Source: Amphiscolops sp. MND2022 (lineage: Eukaryota). From it: 64,000 bases of DNA. Positions 11,776-24,078 of this stretch are shown one piece after another. Made by a program: the position numbers and the translations under genes. The notes below the pieces were generated by a model. That model was not told the DNA's origin. It made no database searches and was given only the letters and a program-made list of their open reading frames with translations. The stretch is from NCBI GenBank assembly GCA_964187785.1, contig OZ076409.1, forward strand, positions 27,530,001 through 27,594,000, read 5' to 3'. How positions within the stretch are numbered: the stretch's first letter is position 1; each line of letters begins with the position of its first letter.

Positions 11776-14700
11776 ATGGATAACAACAACACCAATCCGA
11801 GCCTAAATGAAGGTGAGCCGAATATATCGGAACGATCATCCAGAACAAACAACACCACAACATCGTCAGAACGGATGGAGAAAACCAAATACAAAATTCC
11901 CATACTATCAGACAGGGAAACAGACCTCACCAAAATCAATCCCAAAATGTGGTGGGAGCAGATTTCGGAATACATCCATTTGACATATAACCGAAATCTA
12001 GAAGAAATTATCGATGAAGGGACAGAATACATGGATCCCCACACAGTCTACCACATTAAAGGTGATGTTATCTGGGCACTTGGCCCAAAGGCCAAGCATG
12101 AAATCATGAGAGGCCAATGGGGCCGTGAACTGAAAGAAGTGAATCTTCCCGAATTATTAACCCTATTCAAGAAAACTTTCCTCCCTGCAAGAAATGTATT
12201 TCATAGCCGGGCACAGTTCTTTAACATGAAGCAGGAAGATAACGAAACACTCGATGGATACTGGAAGAGACTCGTAGACATCGAGAGAAAGTGCGACTTC
12301 GGCAACATCACAGCAGAGGAAATTATTACATACAAATTTGCATCAACAATAAAAGACAAAAAAGCCCGTGATAATTTCATAAGAGGCCCCCTGAAATTAC
12401 AACTCGTTCTCGACACGATAGAACTTGATAATTACAACCGAAAGTACGGGGACAAGAGGCCGAAAAGCAAAAAAGCCCGGAAAGATTCATCAAACAGCTC
12501 AACATCCACCGAACTGATCGGTCATACCAACCAGCCACGGAAACGCAAAACAAACTTTACCGAAAAGAAAAAATTCTAAAACCGGGATTGCCGCTTTTGC
12601 GGAAAACCAAACTGGTCAATGGAACATATTTGCCCGGCACGGAAGGCCCAATGCAACAACTGTAAAAAGATGGGACACTTTGCCAAAGTATGCAAATCCA
12701 AGACCGTCAGCCGGATAAAAGAAATGGTTTCATCGGACAGCAGTACCGAACCATGGCCGGAAATTGATCACATTCAGTCCGTCAACGGTGTGAACCGTAT
12801 TGACTTCTACAAAGCAATCCTATTGGTCCATGGCCAACCAATAGAATTCATCATTGATACAGGCTCACCCGTGACTATCATACCTCCAATTATCACACCA
12901 AAAGACATAAAGAAAACGACAAAAACTTTTGTCGACGTGAACAAAAACCCCATCAAATTCAAAGGCGAGGCGATGGTCGAAGTGAAAACGGAAAAAAGTA
13001 AAGAGACACTACCTATCCTGATCACAGAGAACAAAAACACGCAACCACTGTTGGGATTAGACTGGCTGGACAAATTGGAAATCGGATTACAAGGCAGCAA
13101 AAAGACAAATGTGATCCGCTATGTGGAAGAAGATGATAGACGAAAAAAAATTATCAGCGAACACGAAGACTTATTCAAAAATAACCACACCATAAAAGAC
13201 CTAACGATTGACATCCAGCTGAAGGAAGATGTAAAGCCCATACAACAAAAGGGACGACCAGTTCCCATACACTTTCAAAAAAACGTCCGAGATGAACTAG
13301 AGAAACTTATCAAATTGGGACATATCGAGAAAGCGGATGAAACCACAGAAAATTGCTTTATTTCCCCCGCCGTCATTACCATCAAAAAGGACAAGTCGGT
13401 CAAAATTGCTCTGGATTCAAGAAAACTTAACGAGGCATGCATAAAGCGAAAAGCAGCAATGCCAAACATGGAGTAATTAATCAGCAAAATCTCCGCTAAA
13501 ATAACTAACGGCGAAGGCGAAATCTGGATGTCTAAGATAGACCTAGATTACGCCTACGGTCAGGCAAAATTGGCAAAAGAAGCAGCCAAACACTGTGTAT
13601 TTTCAATTATTGACGGAGACTTCACTGGTCATGATCGCTTCAAGAAAGGTTTTTATGGATTATCCGACATTCCAACGGTATTCCAGGAACACATCGACAA
13701 GGTGCTAGAATTCAAAAACCCCCGTCTGGCTAGATGACATCATCTGCGTGACGAATGGAAGCATTGATGATCATGAAAAAGAATTACGAGAAGTCCTGAA
13801 GAAATTGCAAAACGCCGGATACCGAGCCAGTGAAAAGAAAACGGAATTGTTCAAAAAAGAACTAACCTGGCTCGGCTACTTTATCAATCAGAATGGCGTA
13901 AAACCAATCAAGGACAAGACGGAGGCCATCACGAAATTAGCCGCACCGAAAAACGCGAAGGAGTTAAAATCCTTCCTTGGATCGATACAACACTAGTCCA
14001 AATTCATCAATAATCTGTCAAAGAAAACCGATCGAATGAGGAGATTACTAAAAAGGATGTCAAATGGGAGTGGACAGCAGAAATAGACGACGACTTTGAA
14101 CAACTGAAGAAGGAAATTACGGAAGCCCCGTGTCTGGCCCACTTCGACCCAAAAAGGGATAACTATATCACAACAGACGCTTGCAATACTGGACTGGGAG
14201 CGACCCTGTGGCAGAAGGAAGGTATAGTATTCAGGCCCATAGTTTTTGCCAGTAGATTTTTAACCGATTGCGAAAGAAAATACGCAATAAGTGAACTAGA
14301 GCTTTTGGGAGCCTTATGGGGATTAGAGCACTTCCGATATTACGTTTACGGTAAAAGAGTTAATTTGCTAACAGACCACCAGGCACTACAACCGTTACTG
14401 AAAAAGAATCGGGCACATAAACAATATAGCGCACGGTTGACTCGTTGGCTGGATAGATTGAGCCACTTCCATGTTAATATTCAATACACGGCCGGCAAAA
14501 ACATTCCACTTACGGATTACCTAAGCCGTCATCCGATCGTACCGACCGAAATTGCCGAATTAGAAAACAAAGCGGACGGACAAAACGAAGCGGAAGTCGA
14601 CGAAGAGTTCGTCGTTAACCAAATATACGGTCTATTTGAATTCAATCGGGAGCGAGGAAGCATAAAGCGATTCACCGAACAACTGAACGCGAGAGAAAAT

Positions 14701-17114
14701 TCCGACCAATCACAGCGCGACAAAATTTCATGCGAACAGAATTCAAACACTCATTTGCTTAAAACTTCACCGCCGCCAGTTAACATCATCAATCGCGAAT
14801 CATCAATTTCAAAAATGGACAAAGTCAACGGCATTGACATGAATTTTATCTTCGAGAAAAAGGGCCACTCCCCAGAAACCAAACGCCTGTGGATCGAGAG
14901 AAACCACCTACTGAAGCCGGATCGGACACGAATTGTCGGGAAAGGCAAGGAAAGTGAACGGATACAGGAGTATCGACCAAATCAGGCCAGCAGAAAAAGG
15001 ATCGCAGAGATCAACATCAAAATTTACAACCGCTTCTTCCGATACTGCGAAACACTCGAGACGACACCCCTGCTAGAATACCAGCAAAATAACAACGAAT
15101 CTTGGCTGCAAAATAACCAATCAGATGGAGAAAGCGAGACCAGCCACATCAAACGAGACAAGTGCCCCACAAATGCTTTAAAGAAATTGAAGAAGCACGA
15201 AACCGTAAATTTGATCCGACTTAAACAGACAGCAATAAAAAACACACTCAGCAGCGACCAAAAGCAAGGCACAGAAGAAGCCATCAAAAGAGTGGAAAAG
15301 GATTTCGCGCTAGACATTCCACTGCTTGTCGACGAAACAGCACGAGATATAAAGATGCTCAATGCAATCGCGGCCATGGAAAACCAACAACCGGATAGCA
15401 TTTTCTATCCCTATCGCCCACACCGGTCCACGAGATTTGGCCTATTGTTCTACAACGACAGGATAGTGATCCCGGAGAACATGCGGACAACGGTGATAGC
15501 CATGTTACACCACGGACATACATCGGCGGGAAAAATGGAAAAATTAGCCGAAGCCTTTTGGTGGCCGGGAATGAACCGGGAAATCCACGAGAAAGCCGAA
15601 TCCTGCCCAAGCTGTAGAGCCGCAGGTAAGAATCTTATTACTCAAATCCCGTCCACGGAGAAAAACAATTTAGATATTTTAACGGAACCCAATCAAGAAA
15701 TCCAATTGGATTTCGCCGGTCCAATCAAATCAAAAACACGCGGCGACGTATACATTTTAGTAGCATTGACCGTTTTAGCAAATGGCCGACCGCACATATT
15801 TGCAAAAGCGCGGACTCACGGACCGTCAAGAAATTTTTAACAAAATATTTTACGGACAACGGGATACCACGGGTTATTGGAACCGATAACGGTAGCTGCT
15901 TTAAAAGCATTGAATTCAAACAATTCTGTAAAGACCAAAATATTAAACGTATACGGTGCACTCTAAACTTACATACCGGCAGCGGTCTGGTCGAACGAGC
16001 TATCCGGTCGATTAAATCTTTTACACGAGCAAACATGGCAGACGGCCTAACCTTTGAAGATAGTGTCCAACTGGCGATAAGAACAATTAGACAAACGCCA
16101 CATAGCAAATTGAAAATGACACCTTTCCAAATGCATTTAGGTAGAAAACCACGCACCGCTCTGATCAATTTATTAGACAAGCCGGAATGTCTACTCTCTA
16201 ATTGGAAGAGAACGTTGACCAATTATATTTTAGCCCAACCAACAGAACTACAGGTCGTCACTATCAATGATGCAGGAGGAGAACTGGCCGACTACCTGGT
16301 GCTAAACGAATCAAAGAAAAAAGGACGTTCGGTAAGCCGGGATTTTAAAAACTACCAATTTTTTGAGAAGGAGAATAAACCGAATTCCATGAATTGTGGT
16401 TTTAAAACAAATAAGGTTTTAACAGCGGTAGCAGAAACAGGGCATACGGTAACTACTTCCGAAGGGAGGGTAATACACAAAAAATTGGCATCAAAACCCC
16501 TGAAATTTCAGACATCACGAAAACCTGAAGAACAAAGACAGCCAACAAATAGATGCCGCAGATGCGGGAAATTCAGCAGTGGCGAATGGTGTGAAACGCA
16601 CCTACGTCTCGAGGCGGCCAGACAGGACAATAACAACAACGAACCCAGTACCAGTCATACCACAATTCCGACCATGCCGTCAAAGAAGCGATCATACAGC
16701 CGCGTGGTACTGTACGACTCCTCCAGCAACGATTCGGGACCGATAAATAATCAAGCCGATACGACCACCTCAGAAGAAGAAGACACCGATGACATCACAC
16801 TCAAGGACATGATCGGCCGAGAAGTCGAACGCATACGGTCGGAAACACCGATGCCGTCCTCCCCAATCGGCTGTAGCACGGAGCTGATCCCGCCCGAAGA
16901 TACAGCACAACCGGACACATCCGGAACGCCAATCCGTAATCAAAGTACTTCCGGCAAAGAAACCATACCTCAGGACGTCACAGGTAAAATACGGCTAAAA
17001 CAAAATGCTAACGGGGAAAATAATCCACTAGATCTAACCATAGAACCACGCAGATCCGAAAGGATAAAAACTGCAAAAAGAATAGTTAAACTAGGCGGTG
17101 TTGAATATTTTTAA
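11776..17114 (+). pseudogene. gag-pol polyprotein with in-frame stops and frameshifts
   Basis: Double zinc knuckle CRFC...H.CPA...CNNCKKMGHFAKVC, protease IDTGS, RT (KIDLDYAYGQ, WLDD), RNase H (TDAC, ELELLG, TDHQAL), integrase HHCC and DDE (LDFAGP, TDNG, GLVER). Stops at about 12577, 13474 and 13994, frameshifts near 13715, 14050 and 15765. Confidence 0.93.
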
Positions 17115-17242
17115 CAGTGATCCTTTTAGGAACTGAGTATACATTCACCACTCCGAGGAGATACCCAATTACTCCTTTTCCCCGAATCAAGAACTACCCC
17201 CCTCAGCACGACTGGTTTCCCTGAACGCCACGGAGGAGGGAA

Positions 17243-17461
17243 TGAGACACAAGCATCGACATGTGTCAGTCCAACAAGTGTCTATGATAAACCTTGGCGA
17301 ACGATGTGACACAAAACTACCTGCCAATGATCTTATGTTCTGAAGTCATGTAGTTACAAGATAGATACACTCTCAATGATAAAGTACAGTTGCTTGATAC
17401 AGTTTATGTTACTTTGAATCATTCCATTTTAATTCACTCTTTGAACTTTTCCTGACTTACA
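17243..17461 (+). repeat. 3' LTR
   Basis: Identical to the 5' LTR except ctctc vs ctgtc. It is followed by ggag, which agrees with the visible ag before the 5' LTR (a possible 4-bp TSD partly hidden by the gap). Confidence 0.97.
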
Positions 17462-18841
17462 GGAGGCAACGAAAATTTTCCACCAATTACTGTCGATCAT
17501 CTAAAATGGATACTTTTTCGGTCACAAAACCTCTGAAATTGACATTTCGAAGTTTCTCTATATGCAGAAATACCGTTTGAGTCAATAATACCAGCCCGTT
17601 CATTTTGGGTTTGAAACGCTGATTTAACTAGAACGAGAGTTGCCATTTTGAACGATTGACCGACTGGAATGCAATTTTCACACCTGTTTTGAGTTTGAGC
17701 GTTCGAAAAAGTTCACTCATTTCGTTTCTTCAGGTACTTTTTTTTCAATTAAAAGCTCTCGAGCTCTTCAAAATTTCTGTCAACAAACGTTTGAAAACAA
17801 TTCAACTTAACATCTCGCCAGTTTGATAAATTTTCTTCGGAGCTTAAAGAACGTTGACTGTAGAAACGCGATGATGTAATGAGGGCTCTATTTAAAATGA
17901 TTGACAGTATTTGCTGCATGTTCGAAGACTTGTTTACAAACAATGCTTTTTCGGAGATTGAAAATTTTTTGCGTTCCAATACTTTTGGTTCATCTGATAC
18001 CTCTAAAGGGTGAACCAAAAAAACGGAACGCACAAAAATTTCCGTCGTCGAAACCGTATTATTTGTTAACAAGACACTGAAATTCATTCAAATTCTCTGT
18101 CAATCATTTAGAATGAAGATTTTGTTACGTAATCTTATCTTCAAATAAGGATAATTTGAAACATCAGAAAAAAATCTGAACATCGGTACCAGTCATTTTG
18201 TTCTCATTTTAGTGCAAATTCTTTTGCTTTAAAACAAGTTACCAATTTGAATGATTGACAGCAGCGTTCAACGTTGTGAAAAATTTGTTCGCAATTATTT
18301 GAAACTATTTTCGCCTGGTTTTAAATTTTGTCACCAACTGAGTACGTGAAAAAAAAAGACTCGAGGAAGCGTCTATCTCTGTTGAAGGTTAGTTTTGGGT
18401 TTCTAAATGGGTTTATTTTCCAATGAATCATGTAATGAAAAATTTAATTTATAATGTATAATTATATAGTTTATTATATATAATAAATACATAATGTAAT
18501 CATAATGTAATAAATATGAAGTCTATATCTAGTAATCATAACTATAATGAATGTTTCCACAGACGCTAACTGCAGCCGCCATGAACTCCCTAAATTATTT
18601 CGCAATCTAATAAGCAGCTTTTTTTTCGCAAACCCAAAGTAAATTCTTTGAATGTGTCAATAAATGCATAAGTTTGATTGTTGCCGAAATTCTAAAGCAG
18701 TAAAAATTTTTTAACACTTAATTTCGGCATTGGTTTGACTGTGCTTTGAGGCATTCAAACGCTGGCTCTTTAAAGTGATTCATGTATGGAGCCTTTTTAC
18801 TTTTTATTTTAATTTAAGGTCCCAAAAAACTGTCAATAAAA

Positions 18842-20318
18842 TTAGGAGTCGGAAAAAATTTTCGACTACTTATGCAATCGTGCTGTTTTTTTCTCCCGAC
18901 CTTTTCATGAAAATTTCAAATTTCTCAAAAACTGTCCATACGATTTTCACAAAATTTTGCACAGTCATTCTACACCCAAAGGGCCCCTGCGTGTGCAAAG
19001 GCATCAAAATCGTATGGCTGGGATGTGAGAAACATAGCCAAAATTAGCCCAAAAATGGCCAGAAAACAGCCATTTTTCGACTTTTTTCCATTTTCTCAAA
19101 AACTGTCCATACGATTCGAACGAAATTTTCTGCAGTCATTCTTTACGATACTAGAGTCCTATATGTAAAATGGCATCAAAATCATATGGCTGGGATGTGA
19201 GAAAGATAGCCAAGATTAGCCCAAAAATGGCCAAAAAACAGTCATTTTTCGATTTTTTTTCGATTTTCTCAAAAACTGTCCATACGATTCAAACGAAATT
19301 TTCTACAGTCATTCTGCACCATAATATGGTCCTTTATGTGCAATTTCATTAAATTCGTATGGCTGGGATATGAGAAACATAGCCAAAATTAGCCCAAAAA
19401 TGGCCAAGAAACAGTCATTTTTCTATTTTTTCGATTTTCTCAAAAACTGTCCGTACGATTCGAACGAAATTTTCTACAGTCGTTCTACACTATTTTATGG
19501 TCCTTTATGTGCAATTTCATTAAATTTGTATGGCTGGGATGTGAGAAACATAGCCAAAATTAACCAAAAATGGCCAAAAAACCTGTCCTGATTTTCTCAA
19601 AAACTGTCCATACGATTCGAACAAAAATTTTTAGTCATTTTCGACACCATAGTATGGTCCTCTTTAGTTGAAGCTGCCGGAAAGTTTTCCATGTTGCATC
19701 CATGCAAGCATTCTAAATTTTTGATAAGCATAGAAAATACTCAGAGCACGCATGGAGAAATTTTATAGGATTACAATGCAGCTTCCACTATTTCAATTAA
19801 AACAGAAAACACTTCCACTTCTTCACCGCCGCGATCATTTTGTTTTAACGCGTGAGTTTCTCAAAGTAAGTGTAAGTACCTTATGTGATCACCGTTAGTC
19901 AAATACCACGCTGAATATGACGCTACTTTGAAACTTATAATGTGACTGAAGTTTGTTTGCATTGAAAGCGCGGTAAAATTGATGAAGGTCTTAGCTGCTT
20001 TTAAAACTAGAGCCGCTGCTTGATGAAACCTGCAAAACGTCGCAGCTGGCAATTGCCGCCAATTTTAGGATGCATCTTAAAGGCAGCTTGATAAAATTAT
20101 ATTGAATCAGTGAAATTTTAATGCATGGAAGTCTCCTTGAGAATTTTATAAAATCATGAAAAATTAGCTTGGCAACCTACTAAAGCTTGTAAAAAGTTCA
20201 AGCAGTTTCAACCAGGGCTATGTGTGCAATTTCAATAAATTTGTATGATTCTGGGTTGGAGCGAGTCAGAAGGAAAAAGACCTAAGCCGACTCCTTTACC
20301 GCATATGCGGCTCTGGTT
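18842..20318 (-). mobile_element. Helentron/DINE-1-like element (family B) containing a ~171-bp tandem array and a nested CACTA-like insert
   Basis: Subterminal inverted repeat aggagtcgg...ccgactcct, stem-loops agtcggaaaaaattttcgact and ccgcatatgcgg, and terminus ctctggtt. An insert at about 19664-20217 ends in ttcaaccaggg. Confidence 0.7.
18915..19660. repeat. Tandem array, ~4.5 copies of a 171-173-bp unit
   Basis: ctcaaaaactgtcc recurs at 18924, 19095, 19268, 19439 and 19596. Confidence 0.92.
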
Positions 20319-20350
20319 ACGTAATCTTATCTACAAAATAAGGATTCCCT

Positions 20351-20987
20351 TTATAGTCGGCGCTTCATGAAGTGAAACGCGACTATTATAGTGACTTTTT
20401 TTTCTATCCACACGAACTGACCAAAATAGTTCTACAAAAGTTCTACAAAATATTATTGCATCAAAATGCACTATTTGGTCTAGCGAACTGAACCAAAAAG
20501 GTTTTTCCTGTTTTTCCGCGTAACATACCATACCGGGCGAGACCAAAGATTCTTTCATTTTTTTCGGCACTGCGAGACTTTTTTTTCGAAAAAAATTTTT
20601 CCTCAAAGGGTCCCCCCTGCATTTTTTTGATGTTTTGCGACGGAATGGATGTTGAAAAATCCCAAAGGGTCCCCCCTTTCAGTTTTTTTTCGGCATTGTG
20701 ACCTTTTTTCCCGAAAATGAAAATTTTTGTTTTCTTCAGTTTTTTCATGTTTTGCGACAGAATGGATGTTGAAAAACCTCAAAGGGTCCCCCCTTTCAGT
20801 TTTTCGGCATTGTGAGACTTTAGCGTGCCAGTCGGTCCATTTTTTGAGTATGTAATTTTTTCAAAAATTTTTTTTTCAAAAAATTTCGATTTTCGAGTAC
20901 TGTAATAAGAGTACTTGACACTTGGAAGTCTTTTTGCTATTTTTGAGCCTTGGATATGGCGCCGACTTGGGCTGGTCCGGGCTTGTT
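20351..20987 (-). mobile_element. Helentron/DINE-1-like non-autonomous element (family A)
   Basis: Ends tagtcggcgc... and ...gcgccgacttgggctggtccgggcttgtt, subterminal inverted repeat, internal aagggtcccccc repeats, T-rich flanks. Confidence 0.75.
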
Positions 20988-21288
20988 TAGTACACCGTGT
21001 CATATTAGGGTTATATGTTTTCACCTTGACTAATTTTTTGGCAATTGCTAAAATGGTTCAGGACAAAAAATATCACGGTGCTTCGTGTATCCCTTAGCGG
21101 GCATCGTGTTATGTACATTGATGAATGATCAATGATTCTGCTACGGAAGCCCGGAAATCTTTGTACTATAAGAAGAATGTCAAGAATTAAATTTTAGTTC
21201 ATGAATGGATTATCGATGGTGCATGAATGTTCGTGGATGAAGTTTTCATGCAAACTATATATAAATGACGTATACATGCAATTATAAT

Positions 21289-21755
21289 CAGGAGTGTGAA
21301 GTATTGTATTTAAATATATTTTTCCAAAAAATAATTATATTGTTTGATTCAATTTCAGTAATAAATATATTGAATTTATTGTCCTGCAATGTTTTAGAAA
21401 AACAATAGATTGTGGAATATTTTATTGGGTAGAGAAACATTCATATACAAGGCAAACATCCCAATGTTGTTCATTTGTATAAAGAAAGACTACACTCTCG
21501 AAATTAATAGGAAGCGAAAAGCTTAGTGAATTTCTCTCTTAATAGTCTTTCACTTCTATAGTCCGCTTAAAATGCATGTTAAATGAAATTTTATTTCTAT
21601 TTCGCAATAATTTTTTTTGCGCAATATATTGTAGAGCTCTGACAATATTTGCCTTATTTCAATAAATATATTGTATTTTTGCTCCAACTAAATAAATATA
21701 TTAATTGTATTTAATTGCAATATATTGCAATACAATATAAATTTTTACACCTCTG
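21289..21755. mobile_element. hAT-type MITE
   Basis: CAG...CTG ends (caggagtgtgaa / tttacacctctg) with an exact 8-bp TSD attataat at 21281-21288 and 21756-21763. Confidence 0.85.
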
Positions 21756-22797
21756 ATTATAATTGCGCCTACGATATTTAATGGATCTCGGATTTCTGTA
21801 AGATTCGCTAAGCAAACAAAACGGATAATTTTATGCAAACAAAGAACAATTTTTCAGATGTGATTTTTTATCAGCAGCGTTTTCATTTTTGGTTCCAAAT
21901 CCAGAATGTTATAAAGCCATGGAATTAGTTACCGAGTTTTTCATCTTTATTATATCTGTACTTTGCAATTTATATTATTGAGATATACATGTACAACTTC
22001 AATTATAAAGTGGAATTTTCCACCTTGGTAATTTCACGCCGAAACTGCTTATATTCAAGTATGCTGCCTCTTTTTTAATGACGTGAACATTTTGCAACCA
22101 AATAGGAAGAAGTGAAATTGATGAATTACGAATTTCAAAGTCTTGGGAGCATGAGTTGTTTGATTAATCAAATAAACCAGCTCTCATCTCAACAGTTTAT
22201 GCTCAAAAAACCAATACCACCTCGTGAAGAAATGTCTAGCTTTGAAACATTTCTCTTTTTACCTTTTTTCTTGACAAAATTGGCATGTTACACTTCCTGC
22301 ATTTTGCACCAATTTTACCATGATTTTTGAACCTCCCTGCAATCCATTTTTTGAAGAAACGGGAAATTTATGATGTAATTTGTTTCTGTTTCGTCGTCCC
22401 TTTGATGTTGCCTTCAAACAAAGAAGGAATTTTCGCTGATGATTATCCGCGTGCCTCTTAACAAGAGAAAAAATTCACATGTGTGATTTCATTGCGCATA
22501 AAATAAAAAAGGAATTGTATGAATTTTTTATAGCGAGAGAAACACAATAGCGGTTTACCACCTTATATGTACTGATTGTTATTTTATTGCAGGTGCTTTT
22601 GCTGTAGTTGATCAACAGACTGGAATTTTCATCGTCCACAACTACACCGCTCTGAAGTAGCTACGCCTTTGCAATAATTAGTATAATACCATATTCCACC
22701 AATAGACAAAATTACTGCAGCAATAAGTATCCCCAGAAGAACCAAGCTTCACGTTGATAATTTTCATCTTTTCTATTGTTACTCTCAAGCCACAAAC

Positions 22798-22860
22798 ATG
22801 GGCAAGCAGAACAGCAAACTCAAACCCGAAATACTCGATGACCTCACCTCGCAAACACAG
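22798..22860 (+). CDS. Nca: Neurocalcin/hippocalcin-like neuronal calcium sensor, coding exon 1
   Basis: MGKQNSKLKPEILDDLTSQTQ is the family N-terminus with myristoylation Gly2. A probable 5' UTR acceptor lies at 22592. The donor reads cag|ggatgg. Confidence 0.93.
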
Positions 22861-23358
22861 GGATGGCCAATATACAAATACAAATACAAATAAAATATTG
22901 CAGAAATATTCCAGAAATATTTGGCATTATATTCGGACCCTCTATTATTTGGACTAAAAAGAAAAGTGAATGGAGGTAAAAATAAAGCTTTGGTTAATAT
23001 ACGAAATAACACGCCTTAAATCATGCTGGTGAAATAGCTCACTTAATTTCAAAAAAGGTGCTAAATGAAATGAGAACTATTCTTTCGGTAAATAATTCTT
23101 AGTGACCAGAGTTAGAATCTTTTGGAATTTTTGATCTACAACTTTTCACATAATTTCGACAGTCATTTTCTGCCGAGTTTGCAGATGCGTCTAATCGAGG
23201 GTCTTTTGTGTATATTTTCGGTAGTTTGTCATGAATCAAAAATGGAGTTTTCTTTTCAAAAAAGTACATCTTCACTTTGAATACTTTAAACAATGGTTCG
23301 AACTAAAAGAATAAAGTTCAATTGAAGAAACCATTTGATCATCCCTATTCAATTGCAG

Positions 23359-23527
23359 TTCACCCCCGCTGAAATCTCTGAATGGTACAAGGGTTTCTGC
23401 AAAGACTGTCCCTCGGGTCAACTGACAGTTCACGAATTCCAGAAAATTTACGGCAACTTTTTCCCATACGGAGATGCATCCAAGTTTGCAGAACACGTTT
23501 TTAGAACCTTCGACGTCAATAGCGATG
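23359..23527 (+). CDS. Nca: Neurocalcin-like, coding exon 2 (EF1, start of EF2)
   Basis: ttgcag|[20 protein letters not shown]...[22 protein letters not shown] g|gtaggt (phase 1). Confidence 0.97.
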
Positions 23528-23689
23528 GTAGGTGTCTGTTTCTATGATTTTCTGTATTAAATAAGATTATCGATGTCGATCTTTTGTTCATTGATATCCC
23601 TATCTGAATTGCTGATAATCCGTTTCCATCTTTTGATTTTCGAAGGACATAAGCGCACCAATCATTCTCGAATAGAGCCATGTTTTTTT

Positions 23690-24078
23690 TCCTGAAGACA
23701 AAAGATAGAATTGAATAGTGAATTGAGTAGATATCGAGGTGCTGCACTGATTATCACAAGTAAGGGGAAAATTTACAGGTAAAGGAGACGCATTGTCCAC
23801 TTTGTAATAATCAGGTGAATGCTGATGAGTACCACTTTTTACTGGTCTGCGCTGAGTTACAACACTTACATGTAAAAAACCCAAGCAAGTGCTATCAACA
23901 AAACCCCAGTCTTCTGACACTTGACCAACTGATGAACTTCAAGAGCACCGTAAGATTAACGCACATCAGCATGTATTGTGAATTGGTCACCAACCGTTTC
24001 CGCTGTAAACTTGTTGAGTTTTGTACACCGTACGGGGTCACAAATTTGAATTGAATATTCATTCATTCACTCATTCTC
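23690..24078 (+). mobile_element. 5'-truncated non-LTR retrotransposon (LINE) 3' end
   Basis: C-terminal ORF2 zinc-knuckle-like motif CPLCNNQVNADEYHFLLVC, followed by an (ATTC)-like tail at 24057-24077. Confidence 0.65.

Larger units (their letters stand above)
11529..17461 (+). mobile_element. Full-length Ty3/Gypsy LTR retrotransposon, Mag-like lineage, ORF disrupted
   Basis: 219-bp TG...CA LTRs at 11529-11747 and 17243-17461 (1 mismatch), PBS tggcgcagtc at 11748, PPT ggaggagggaa before the 3' LTR, and domain order gag-PR-RT-RH-IN. Confidence 0.97.

Noticed and set aside
18775..21097. Several 60-95 aa ORFs (PKMAKK, KGGTL repeats)
   Set aside because: They are translations of tandem and Helentron-like repeats with no protein motifs.
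22861..23358. U12 (AT-AC) intron as an explanation for the missing GT
   Set aside because: No RTATCCTT donor, and the in-frame acceptor is a normal ttgcag.
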